Shown in pieces: positions 37,847 through 49,710 of a DNA stretch of 64,000 nucleotides. A program made the translations under genes and the position numbers. Within the stretch, counting starts at the first letter, position 1. Every line of letters begins with the position of its first letter. Source of the DNA: Haliotis rufescens. Taxonomy: Eukaryota. The DNA lies in contig NW_025963857.1 in assembly GCF_023055435.1 (NCBI RefSeq), positions 27,590,001 through 27,654,000 on the forward strand, written 5' to 3'. The notes under the pieces are model-generated. The model had not been told where the DNA came from, ran no database searches, and worked only from the letters and a program-made list of their open reading frames with translations.

Positions 37847-38194
37847 TTGTAACAAATGTTATATTTGGGATAACGCTTTCTTAGTAAAGTACAGATTCTC
37901 ATACTTTTTTGGGTTGAGTCCCAGAGTGAGGCACCTAATCGCCAGCACACAAAGTCAGCGATCTAACCCACTCAGCCACCGAGGCTTCCACAAAAAATGA
38001 AAGTCCGACAACTGGTAGTCAAGATCACGTACTTTGAGTACCCCTCTGACAAGTGTAAATTGGCAAGTGTGGGTTCGAATTCCGGACGGGACTCAACCCC
38101 CAAAAAGTACGAGAATCTGCACTTTACTAAGAAAGTGTTATCCCAAATATAACATTTGTTACATTTGACCACTTCTAAATGGCATTGTGTATTC
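37847..38194. mobile_element. 348-bp insertion with ~75-bp inverted repeats and tRNA-like internal pieces
   Basis: 12-bp TSD aagaatcttctt (37835-37846, 38195-38206). Absent from the paralogous unit at ~35115. Confidence 0.75.
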
Positions 38195-38846
38195 AAGAAT
38201 CTTCTTGATAATGTGAAGTGTGTCATTTCAGTTTGAGCAATATTCCAGCAATACCACAGAGGAAGGTACAACAAATGGGCTTAACACATTGTGCCAATGT
38301 TAGGAATCGAACCTGAAACTTCGACGTGAACCACTGGAAATTCCAACTGCCGTATTTTAACATTGAGTATCTAAACATGACAATTGTCCATTTTAGCAAA
38401 AGTTGTAATGACCACCAACAGTGGTAGTAAACTGTTTGCGATCATATGATCTACCAGAGATACAAGACAGTATTCGTACTACATTCGAATTCCAACAGAA
38501 TATCGAGTTTGGACCAGTCAAATCAGTTCTTAATGTTGTGAAAAGGATACACGTCGACGGTGTATGTTGACACAGTCGCTGAGCCCGACCAATTCATCAT
38601 CCGATCTATGAAGATCTCATTTAATCGGTGTGTAGTCGACAATGCACTCAAAACAATAGGGTCAATGAAAACCGCTTCACTTACTGACTTCTCCAACATC
38701 AGACAGCGTTTCGTGTTTTCATGATAGAACGGAGATAAACATTTACATTTATCATGTCTTTAATGTAAAAACTAGCTTACCTGTAGATTTAATAGCAGTA
38801 ATTTTGCATCTCAAAACTAATTTTCGTTCCTAATTCTTTTCATCTT

Positions 38847-39221
38847 CTAAATGAACAGGATAAAGATGCTGGCTCCAGGTTTGTCAGAGATATGACAAAA
38901 AATACACAGTCAAGTAAACGTTCCCAGTTACAGGCCTTGCACGGTCCAGAAGAGGGTTTGTGTCCAAGGATGTTGAGTCGGTATGGGCCACCACTTTCTG
39001 GTGATGAACCACGAGCACAATGATAGAAGCAAAGATGGTGAGGAATCCTTGGATCTCGTTCATCAACAGGTACAGAGACAGTGTGGATGTGCAGTCCGAG
39101 GTGGGTGGCATGTTGCCGTGGATCAGACTCAGGAACATTGTATGAGAAACAAAGACAGCCATCAAGAAGCCAAGTTTCTCCCCGGACCGAGCTGGGATGA
39201 GGAACATGAATGGGTTAAGGA
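38847..39221 (-). pseudogene. Truncated third nAChR-like copy (end of M1 to M4 only)
   Basis: LNPFMFLIPARSGEKLGF... matches A and B. There are frameshifts near 38957 and 38880, and the 5' two-thirds is deleted. Confidence 0.88.
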
Positions 39222-39739
39222 AAGCAAAGCAAAGATGGTTAGGATTAATCACCAACAGTGGTGGTAAACTGTTTGCTATCACATGATCTACCCGAGATAC
39301 AAGTCAGTAGCATATTGTCAGTACAATAACATACCCCCGGCGTTTGTTCTATAACAACTACATTCGATACAAACAAAATATCGAGTTTGGACCAGACAGA
39401 AGAGTTCCGAATATTATAAACAAAGATACACGTCGCCGGTGTATGTTGACAATCAACATTCGGTGAGCCTGACCAATTATTCATCCGATGTTTATACATC
39501 TGGGGTAACAAGCATAGGCTGTTTGGGAGGTCTAACGCGGAACCTCCACGAGGGTATTGAGAAGCATGGTAAGTTGGCTGGTTCCAGAGTAGTTCCAGAT
39601 GCAGTTGACCACAACATAAGATGATACTGAACTGTTGGAAGTCACAGTTAAAAAACCCTAAACATCCTGTCAGTGTCCAATACTAATGTGGGCTACCAAA
39701 ACATATTTGAAAGTAATTTTGAAAAATAGTGGCTGCACC

Positions 39740-39930
39740 TCCTAAAGTGGTTGTTGAGGTTTGTAGTGTACCTCCTGAGAATGCAGTGTACTTTCGAAGG
39801 TTGCAGTGTACCTCCTTAGATTGCAGTGCTGCTTATGGGTTAAAGTGTACCCCTGAGGTTGTTTTACTTTTTGAAGTGGTCGATGTGTACCCTCCGTGGT
39901 TGGTGTGTACATCCCTGTTTGTAGTTTCCC
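39740..39930. repeat. Degenerate ~20-bp minisatellite
   Basis: Units like gtagtgtacctcctgaggtt. The same motif recurs at ~40700-40760 and ~41863-41995. Confidence 0.7.
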
Positions 39931-39940
39931 CTCAGAGACT

Positions 39941-40180
39941 TCGTCCCTGACCACTTGATGTGTGAAAATATATCTTTGACAAACTGCTCCGACACTGTCA
40001 ATTGAATCACCTTGTGGGAGTTTCTGTCTACAAGCAGGATGTCATCTGTTCTGGTTGTTGTCATACCTTGGGGGTGTAACAGAGTTCTATGTCCCTTGTG
40101 AGTGTAGGTGAAAACATCATATCCGTCATCAATTCAAGGGAGGCCACTCTTTCGACAGTAACTAACACGTTGTTTTGTCT
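39941..40180 (-). pseudogene. Isolated NHL-repeat fragment of a TRIM-NHL paralogue
   Basis: NVLVT...VASL...VFTYT...HPQGMTTTRTDDILLVDRNSHKVIQLTVSEQFVKDIF aligns to the NHL region of copy C. Confidence 0.8.
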
Positions 40181-40189
40181 GTTCATAGG

Positions 40190-40359
40190 GTGAGTGAGTG
40201 AGTGAGTATTGTTTTACGCCGCTTTTAGCATTATTACAGCTATATCACGGCGGGGGACACCAGAAATGGGCTTCATACATTGTACCCATGTCGGGAATAG
40301 AACCCGGGTCTTCGGCGTGACGAGCGAACGCTTTAACCACTAGGCTACCCGACCGCCCC
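40190..40359 (-). mobile_element. SINE family 1
   Basis: Near-consensus copy. Confidence 0.88.
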
Positions 40360-40789
40360 TCGAACCAATCTGATTATTAAAACAACAAACTATATTCATC
40401 TGGAAAACATGGTCAGCCGTAAACCTTTTCAAAATGAATATGATGGCATTCTCAAAGACATAAACAAAAGTATAAACGTTACTACACATGGGGTTAGAGG
40501 GCAAATTTCAAGATTCTTGTAATGGCCGCGCCCACACTGGTGGCAGCGATGTTACCGAGAGTGTAACGAAGGTGTCACGCGCTGGGAAGGAGTTTGGTGT
40601 GGCATATGTTGTTGTAGGGAGCCCTAAGAAACTGCCGTGTGCCTTCTTAGATTACAGTCTAGCCTATGAGGTTGATGACTATTTTCAGAGGTGCCTTCCG
40701 AGATTACAATGTACCTTCTGAGGCTGCTTACCTCCTTCGGTTGTAGTGTACTACATGAGAATTTAGCGTACATTTCGAGATGGCTGTGT

Positions 40790-41862
40790 TGTTGTTGTTG
40801 TGATTATTATTTGTGGTTTAACGCCGCACTCAGCAATATTCCTGCTATATGACGGCGGTCTGTAAATAATCGAATCTGGACCAGACAATCCAGTGATTGA
40901 TATCTTGAGCATCGATCCAAGCAATTGGGATCGATGACATGCATCAACCAAGTCAGTAAGCCTGACCACCCGATCACTTTAGTCGCCTTTTACGACAAGC
41001 ATAGGCTGCCTTTGACCCAATACATAACCGGGCAGCAAATGTCTTCAGGCATCAACGTGACATTGTTTGGTTTGTTATATGACGGCGGTCTGTAAATCCC
41101 GTGATCAGACATCATGAGCATCGATCCACGCAATTGGGATACGATGACATGCATCAACCAAGTCAGCGTGCCTGACCACTCGATACCGTTAGTCGCCTCT
41201 TACGACAAGCATAGTCGCCTTTAACGGCAAGCTTGGGATGCTGAAGACCTATTCTACCCCGGATCTTCACGTGTCTGATTGCTGTGTGCCTTCTGGTTTG
41301 TTGGTTGGTTGGTTTGTTGTTTAACGCCGCACTCAGCAATATTCCAGCTATATGACGGCGGTCTGTAAATAATCGAGTCTGGACCAGACAATCAAGTGAT
41401 TGATATCATGAGCATCGATCCACGCAATTGGGATACGATGACATGCATCAACCAAGTCAGCGTGCCTGACCACTCGATACCGTTAGTCGCCTTTTACGAC
41501 AAGCATAGTCGCCTTTAACGGCAAGCTTGGGATGCTGAAGACCTATTCTACCCCGGATCTTCACGTGTCTGATTGCTGTGTGCCTTCTGGTTTGTTGGTT
41601 GGTTGGTTTGTTGTTTAACGCCGCACTCAGCAATATTCCAGCTATATGACGGCGGTCTGTAAATAATCGAGTCTGGACCAGACAATCCAGTGATTGATAT
41701 CATGAGCATCGATCCACGCAATTGGGATCGATGACTTGTATCAACCAAGTCAGCGAGCCTGACCACCCGATCCGTTAGTCGCCTTTTACGACAAGCATAT
41801 TCACCTTTAACGGCAGGCATGGGTTGCTGAAGACCTATTCTACCCCGGAATCTTCACGGGTC
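40790..41862 (-). mobile_element. Head-to-tail array of four family-2 elements
   Basis: Copies at ~40790-41030, ~41065-41275, 41295-41569 and 41589-41862. The last two form a ~294-bp tandem duplication. Confidence 0.88.
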
Positions 41863-42370
41863 TGTGTGTCTTCTGAGGTTGTAGTAGACCTTCTGAGCGT
41901 GTTTACCTCCTACGGTTGAAGTGTGCCTCCTCGTGTTGTAGGGTACCTTCTGAAGCTGTAGTAGACTGTCCTCCTGTTTAGTGTACCTTCTGAGCATGGC
42001 GGCACAATAACATGATAATCTCATTTTTTAAATTGATATTTAGAAACCTTAACAGTGTTATAAAACTACTCGCCACTCTTCTCCTATTGACGGAATATAT
42101 TTAGCGGTTCTAGCTAGGCATTTCTTACCAACATTCTAATTATGTTGTTGTATGGAGATCTGCAACGTTGTAAGGCTTGCTGGTCAGATCACAGCTTGTG
42201 AATGCAGTCACGTGTCAAATAGACCGTATATGTCTATTTAAGTCTGTTTTGAGAGTTTAATAGTTTATAGATATTGCGTACATTCCCCGATACGTATAGC
42301 ATGTGACCATATTTGACAACAAATCACAAACTGTGTCAGTAATTTAAGTTATTTTGTTTATTAGAAAGTT

Positions 42371-42608
42371 GGGGCACGGGTGGCCCAGTCGTCTAAGGCC
42401 CCGCGATTTGCTGTGCAGTGTTGCGTCCCGTGGGCACGCCCAAAACCTATGAATGTGGGTTCGAATCCCAGTTCGCCCCGATTATGTTTCAAGGTGGTAA
42501 ACGTCTGAGACCTGCATCACTTTGGGCTTTCCTCCCACATTAAGCAGACACGTCGTGATGTAACTGGAATACTGTTGAAAGCGGCGTTAAAGCCAGCTCA
42601 CTCCCTAA
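42371..42608 (+). mobile_element. SINE family 3 (tRNA-Leu-like head)
   Basis: ggtggcccagtcgtctaaggc...gtgggttcgaatccc head, ...tttcctcccacattaagc... body and the shared tail. TSD tagaaagttg. Confidence 0.85.
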
Positions 42609-42882
42609 TAGAAAGTTGTTGTGTGTTGTGACCGTTTGGCACTCTGTCGACATTACCTGAAACCATTATAATAACAAATTCACAACTACAGACGCATTTT
42701 ACAAAAAAGTCATCCAATGACATATTTACACTTCTGCTCATGGAAAGTGCAGTTACGGAAGAGTTGCTTCCCTTCTATTGAGAAATCGTTTGAGATATTT
42801 CATGCTGTCGGTGAATTATTAAAAAAAAGTGGCCTCTTACGACAAGCATTGTCACCTTTTACGGCAAGCATTGGTTGCTGAA

Positions 42883-42917
<35 letters not shown>

Positions 42918-44339
42918 CTGGAATATTGCTGAGTGCGATGTTAAACAACAAACAAACGTATATTCGGAATCGTACAATCGATTCTGTTTTTAGCAAGAAA
43001 TTTGGAATGGGATTCGTCGCTTTAATTTACATCTGATGCGCACATAAAATCGCTGTTTATCTATTAGTTGACTTTCCGGTTCTTGCACTTGTTCTCTGGA
43101 TTCTTTTGAAAGTCATTATTAGCCTTATTTACGATGTGATATGTAATGACATTTATCAAATCAATTAAACAATGTGAATGCTTCGAAGAAAAGGAAGTTA
43201 CACACTTCAGAGTGAGTGAGTGACTGAGTTGGGTTTAACGCCGCTTTTAACAGTATTCCAGTTACCACCCGATCCCGTTAGTCGCCCCTTACGACAAGCA
43301 TAGTCGCCTTCATGGGTCCTGATTTAGTGAAAGGTACAATGTGAATGTGCCGCACTTTGATTAGAAACAGCAAATAAGATGAATCGACATGCACTGAAAT
43401 ATAATATTATCACAAGGCTGATGTGAAAACAGACTCGCTGACTTTGTTGATGCATGTCATCGTATCCCAATTACGTAGGTCGATGCTCATGATATCAATC
43501 ACTGGATTATCTGGTCCAGACTCGGTTTATTTTTACAGACCGCCGTCATATAGCTGGACCATTGATGAGTGCGGCGTTAAACAACAAACAAACAAACAAC
43601 TTCAGGATTAATAAGATTTTGTTCTGAACAGGTCTACCTGATGTTTACTCAATAAAATAGGGAAGAAAATTAATTCAACGATTTAGTTTGGACAATTATT
43701 AGACACACGGGACTATAGTTACTCGTAGTTCGTTTTAGAAACGCTTGATCCAGGTTTTCAATGACAGCTAACTCCGTCTTTTGTATTAACCGCTAGAGTT
43801 CACAGCGACCAACGCTTGGTGGGAAGATAAACACGACAATGTTGCGTTATACGAAGACGGTGTTGTAGCCCGTGTCTACAGTTGGTACGTGGTTCCATTT
43901 GCTATACAGTGCTTGACATTAAGTTAGCACATTTAATTGATCATTTCATAAGGAAGAGTGCATAACGTCAGTTCCTGGTTGCAAATGACATTGTTTTGAG
44001 TACAGAACACTGAGGCCTTTTCGATAGGACTCTGACCTTATGAAGGGTATTCGGGTGGGCCTACTCTAACAGGTCGAGTTTAGAAACTAGACGACTCGTG
44101 TCGTAAGCTAAGGTCTCGAGTACTGACACACAATCTAAATCTGAGAAAAAATGAGAAGTTGTCAAGGGCGTTGATTCGTTTTGACAATATGATGCTGGGA
44201 AAAAGACATGTCATTTTGTTTCATATTGACGTCGGTGTCTTTGCATGATGAAATACATTCATGCTTCATTTGTCATCCTGTATAAGTATTACCGGTAATC
44301 GGTTAACTTTTTATAATTAGTGACAATGAGTAGTACTGA

Positions 44340-44496
44340 CGGGCGTTAGAAACTAACAGTTTTCGTCCACTAGTCCTTATAATGATAACATATAGCAAAA
44401 CCCTTAAAAATGGCAATTTTCTACTAGTCCTTATGATACCTTTACCATTGGGCAGTTTGTCAAGGACTATAGGACTAGTGCCAATTTCTAACCCTG
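44340..44496. mobile_element. MITE with a second, inverted copy at 50135-50296
   Basis: TIR-like ends gggcgttagaaa / tttctaaccctg. The 50135 copy has a 5-bp flanking repeat ctatt. Confidence 0.7.
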
Positions 44497-45286
44497 CTGA
44501 ATGTGATATCAGACATTTTCTGTCATTTTGTTTGGTCTGTCAGAGTGTCATTTTGATTTCATTCTGATATCCATATTAATCAGTCAGCGTTGTAATGTAT
44601 GAGAATGAACATTAATGAATGTGATATATGAACCGTAACCTAGGTACTCGACTTGGGTGGGTTTTCAGAAGGACCTGGGTACCCACAGCACTACCCAGGC
44701 CCGTGGTTAGTCACGTAATATAATGTTTAATGACAAAAATTATCAAGGACACTATATGGTTACACTACAAGTCACTAATGTTCAGATTTCTTCCTGACTA
44801 TGCATCCATTCCTTCTGATTTTTATGTTTGAATAAAGATAAAACTTCAGTCAACTTCAGTGTATGCATGACCAGATTGTTTTATACGTGTATCTAAATAC
44901 ATTCTGTCCTTGGCTACGGTCAAACTAATCCCAATCAGACATTTTGTACCTCGGGTAGTGTCGGGTAATAGAGGGGTGGGTACCCTGGTAGTGAATTTGG
45001 TCTCGTTCCAGCTCTAGTATCAGCTTTTTCTTTGTGGATTCAAAACTTGCTTATTTTGGACTATCATCTCGAATGGTTTGACATGTGCTTGGAGCTATTC
45101 TCGCTCGTAATGTCGAGCCCCTGGGCATGATACACCACTTGGGTACAATGTGTGGAGCTCGTTGCTGATGTTTCCCCATGATATATTGATGGAATATTCC
45201 TGAAAGCAGGGTAAGGCTACACTCATTCACTCATGGACAATTATGTTGCATTATTAGCTTGATCAAGCATTACACCCTTAATATCA

Positions 45287-45543
45287 GACCCGTGAAGATT
45301 CTGGGTAGAATAGGTCTTCAGCAACCTATGCTTGCCGTAAAAGGCGACTATGCTTGTCGTAAAAGGCGACTAAAGTGATCGGGTGGTCAGGCTTACTGAC
45401 TTGGTTGATGCATGTCATCGATCCCAATTGCGTGGATCGATGCTCAAGATATCAATCACTAGATTGTCTGGTCCATACTCGATTAATTACAGACCGCCGT
45501 CATATAGCTGGAATATTGCTGAGTGCGGCGTTAAACAACAAAC
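45287..45543 (+). mobile_element. SINE-like family 2
   Basis: Full-length copy starting GACCCGTG at 45287. Confidence 0.88.
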
Positions 45544-46714
45544 TGATGTAAGGGGGACATATGAATGCAACATTTGGAGGTCATGATTCGACTTACTCAA
45601 GGTGTAACCTGGCAATAAGGTAAACTTTCTATGAGATGATTATAAGATGCCGATTTTAAAAACATGTTCATATTAGCCTTACCAAGTTTGGAACATCTGC
45701 ATTCAGAGCTTCACTCTTCGTTGAGTGTAGGTTAGGGAAACCTGATGAGGGACCATTGCATCATGTCATGTTGACTGCATGCTTTCATATGGGCTTTCAC
45801 GACATGCGATTGCATCAGTTGACATATGGACAATATTTTTATTATCCTCCCCCTTTTGCAAAGAGGGTTACTCTCATTTGCAACATAAAGTCCAAGGGTG
45901 TTAGTAGATGCAGTGTGATATGCTAAATGACATAAGGTTTTGTTTATTAGTGAATCTCTGAACCTTTTAAATGCCATAGGCACAATACAAAAGTGAACCT
46001 TTTAAATGCCATGGGTACAATACAAAAGTGAGCATTTGTATAATTTCTTTATATCATACATATTTGTTCCTGTGTCATGCGAAAGATCATAGGCAGCTAT
46101 AAAAAAACAACTTGAAAATTCAAGTAAAATATGTCAATAATATTGCAGGTTTTGCGATACATTCTTAGGGTATGCAAAATAGTAGTTTCTATCAGGAGTA
46201 GATTATCCATCTCTGAGAAGAGTAGATGTGGAGTACAGTTGCACCGGGATACTGATGCCACCTTTGGAATGACCATGACAAAAAATAGTTGCATCCATAC
46301 TTGGTGTTAGAAAACACTGTTGAACCTTGAACTGTTGAATTGTTTGGACATAAGGCTCTGTGAAGAGGGTGGACGATTTCAGACAGTCAGTGCTTCATTA
46401 AACAAAGGCCAATTGAAGAAATATTTTGCACATTTATTCCTGATAGAAAACTACACAATACTATTTAAAATATCCAGATGTTTTCAATTATACCAAGGTT
46501 AAGGCAAAGCGAACACAAAATTTGTATTTGTTTAATAAATGTGTATTGATATTAGACGGGTCTTCTCTTCATGGGTGAGTAATAAATTAAAACCCTTCTT
46601 AAAGGAAACAAGGTATAGGTACTGTGTTAATACTCGCTATGACTGTTTGTTCATATAATTGTTTTCAGATTGATGGCCTAAGATGCAAAGTAAGGAGAAG
46701 CAGGAAGGAACGCC

Positions 46715-47112
46715 ATGTTGTCCAGAACTACCTTTGCTTCCAACATCCCTGTCATGCTGTCATATGCAGCAACAAGCCTCAGATCAACCTCTGTATGTTC
46801 AAAATGGCTGATGCCCATCAGCAGAAAACTAGGTCATCAATTTCACAGCCAACTACATTCACAACCAAGCATAGTGACGAACAGATGCCTGTGCAGAAAA
46901 TATCCTAGAGTATCACTATGGCAATCTTTGAAACCATTCCGTCATAAAAGCAATATTTCTAGCACTTCTACAAAAGTACGTAAATGGCCAAAACATTTTT
47001 TATTGACTCTTGGAATCAGTTCAGGAGCGAGTGGAACATATTATGCATATTTGGAGGAGAAAGACCGGAGGAAAATACGGGTCACAATTGGTGGATTTAG
47101 GCGATTCTGGAG
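46715..47112 (+). CDS. ADCK5: aarF-domain-containing kinase 5, first coding exon (transit-peptide-like N-terminus plus hydrophobic segment)
   Basis: ATG context gccATGt, Ser/Arg/Lys-rich acid-poor N-terminus, ending ...IGGFRRFW. Acceptor at 46667-46668 upstream. The donor is atypical (see findings). Confidence 0.75.
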
Positions 47113-47321
47113 TTAAGTTGCATGTTATTAATATTATGTTTATCTTTTGTTGGTATGAAATCTTTCAATGCCCAGTGAACATTCAGCACCTTTCTAAAAG
47201 TTTAGTCGACTTATAATATCAAAAATAACTGAGTGGAGGGGACCTATAATTAAAATTAGATCATTTTCTCTGAAACGGTACCTCTCTGCATGAGATGTCT
47301 GTTTTCTATTAAGAATTCTCT

Positions 47322-47605
47322 TGTGGTAGAGCGTCCGTCCGTAGAGCGGAAGGTCTGGGGTACCATTCCCAGCCCCGTCATACGAAAAGACGTTAAAAGA
47401 TGGTACTTGTTTTACCCTTTCTGGCGCTTGGCAACAAAGGTCCAAAACAAGGACTGGTTGGCATGGAGTCTAAGTGGGATGTTCATGTTAAACTGCTAGT
47501 TAGTACAAGCAGCCACAAACACACACATGCATGCACATCTCTATACATACACGTGCATGCATGTCGCTATATAAGTGCAATAATCTTGGACACGGCGTTA
47601 AACCC
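47322..47605 (+). mobile_element. SINE family 4 (Meta-domain-like)
   Basis: gtggtagagcgtccg head, core shared with the 15600 copy, tail cggcgttaaacccc. Confidence 0.65.
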
Positions 47606-47796
47606 CATTTCATCTTACCATCTATAAACAGTTTTTCAGTTTTGATTCGTAACCACCTTGACAGGGAAATTTGATCTCTGCCAAAGAAAAGCGCCACAGA
47701 AACTATAAACCTGTACATTCCATAGAAACTCAAGATGATAGGATGTGTAAAACATCCATGACGATGTAATATAGCATGGCTTTTTTCACATTCAAA

Positions 47797-47953
47797 GGGA
47801 CGGTTGGGTAGGCTAGTGGTTAAAACGTTCGCTCATCACACCAAAGAGCCAGTTTCGATTCCCGACATGGGTACAATGTGTGAAGCCCATTTCTGGTGTC
47901 CCCCGCCATAATATTGCTGGAGTATTGTTAAATGCGGCGTAAAACCATACTCA
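47797..47953 (+). mobile_element. SINE family 1 (CpG-decayed)
   Basis: Full-length match to the consensus. Confidence 0.85.
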
Positions 47954-48616
47954 CATTCAAATTTCCTGGATTAAACTTGTTTACTACTGAGAATTTAGAA
48001 GCCTTGGCACTGTTTTGGCTGATCATGCTGATTAGAAAGTCCACGCCAATGGAGGTGTCTTCAAGCAGAGACGGAACAGTAAAACATCTGACTTAAATGA
48101 GATAGAGAGGGGACCTATTGAACCTTTGAGTCTGCACTAGGGCTTCATTGTTGAACATATTGGGGTGACCCCAGGGATAATTCTAGGATGGGGTCTTGTG
48201 CTTCTAGCCCCTAAATTTGGAAAAAGGCCCACATTTCAAATACAATGGGGCATTTTAACATTGTGCTGTATGTGCGAGTGTGGGTGGAATTTTCACATAA
48301 AGGGCTCGTGTCAGAAAATCCCAAGAGTGAACCCTGGGGGTAATTTTTCAGACTTGTGAGTGTACATTATATGTTTGTATGTTGTTAAACACTGATCAAT
48401 GTTCCAGCTTTATAATGGTGGCATGTAGATAATCAAGCCTGTGTACCCAATCTGTTTAGCTGACTTGTACGACAAGCAAAGGTTGACCAATTCTAACCCG
48501 GAACAAAGTTTAGCAAGACTCAATCTCATATTGTAACATGTTTCAGATCAGATCTGGTGAACATGACAAATGTTTTAGCAGTAAATATTTATAAGTATGA
48601 TCGTGTGTGATTTTAG

Positions 48617-48881
48617 GTCTCTAGTGATTGGTACTTTAATCTCTCTGGACTACAAATGGTCTCTATGGAACCTGGATGAGGATGGAGAGGAATATGATCG
48701 GACGATCAAAGGATGTCATCGGCGGGCAGCTGAGAGGATGTTGCTTGGCTGCTTACAGAATGGAGGGTTGTATATAAAACTTGGACAGGGTCTTGTATCT
48801 CTGAACCACATCCTACCTCGAGAATATGTTGATGTGTTGGTTGCTCTGCAAGATAAGGCGCTGGCACGTGGACCACATGAG
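48617..48881 (+). CDS. ADCK5: ADCK5 coding exon 2 (KxGQ motif)
   Basis: SLVIGTLISLDYKW...NGGLYIKLGQGL...LQDKAL, the UbiB/ADCK KxGQ signature. AG/GT borders. Confidence 0.93.
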
Positions 48882-49710
48882 GTAGGTGATAGTCTGGAAG
48901 AAGGAATGAGAATGACGACATTTCGTTGATGTGGGTAGATGATCAAAATTCTATCTCAGTGTGAACATTCTAATTAAGCCATCAAATTGGTGATAAGTGT
49001 AGTTATTGTACTGTCTTCTGTTGACAAGTTCTGATGTATTCTAAATTTATTTATTATGTACAGCCTTTCATAGTCACGATGTGGCTGAAATACTGCCGAT
49101 AAGACCTTAAAATTTGACTCACTCACCAGCTCATGCCATGCAGTATTGCATCTCTTACGCTGACCGGAAATCTAAGATTCTGGGTTCAAATCCCAGCTTT
49201 ACCCACATTTCTAGGTTTGTCACCACCATACTCATTCTTGTTGGTTTCACTTCACTGATGTGGTAAGCGTCTGCATCCCTTCAGGCTCTCCTCCTATAAG
49301 TGCAGAGTTGTGTACCTTGGGCAAGCCAGAAACATTAATCATGGGTTCGAGTCCAGGTTCGTCCCGATTATGTTTCTAGGTTTGTCAGCACCATACTCGT
49401 GCTTGTGGGTTTCACCAAAATGTTAAGCGTCAGAGACCTGCATCACTTCTGGCTTTCCTCCCACATCAAGCTGACATGCTGTGATATAACTTCTAAACTG
49501 TTCAAAGCAGGGTTAAACCCGACTCACTCACTCACTCACTGCTACACATGCTACATGAAGCTTCGTGACGTGTTATAACTGAGAAACTGTTCAAAGTGGT
49601 ATTAAACTAAACTCATTCATGTGTAAGAATAATTTTGGTCATTTTTGTATTTTGGTTTGTCCTCTGTTGTGTTTTACTAGGTTTATGAACTCACTGTATC
49701 CCAACTACAG

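Noticed and set aside
33491-39267. Plus-strand and alternate-frame ORFs repeated over the receptor genes
   Set aside because: Shadow ORFs of near-identical CDSs with no independent protein signal.
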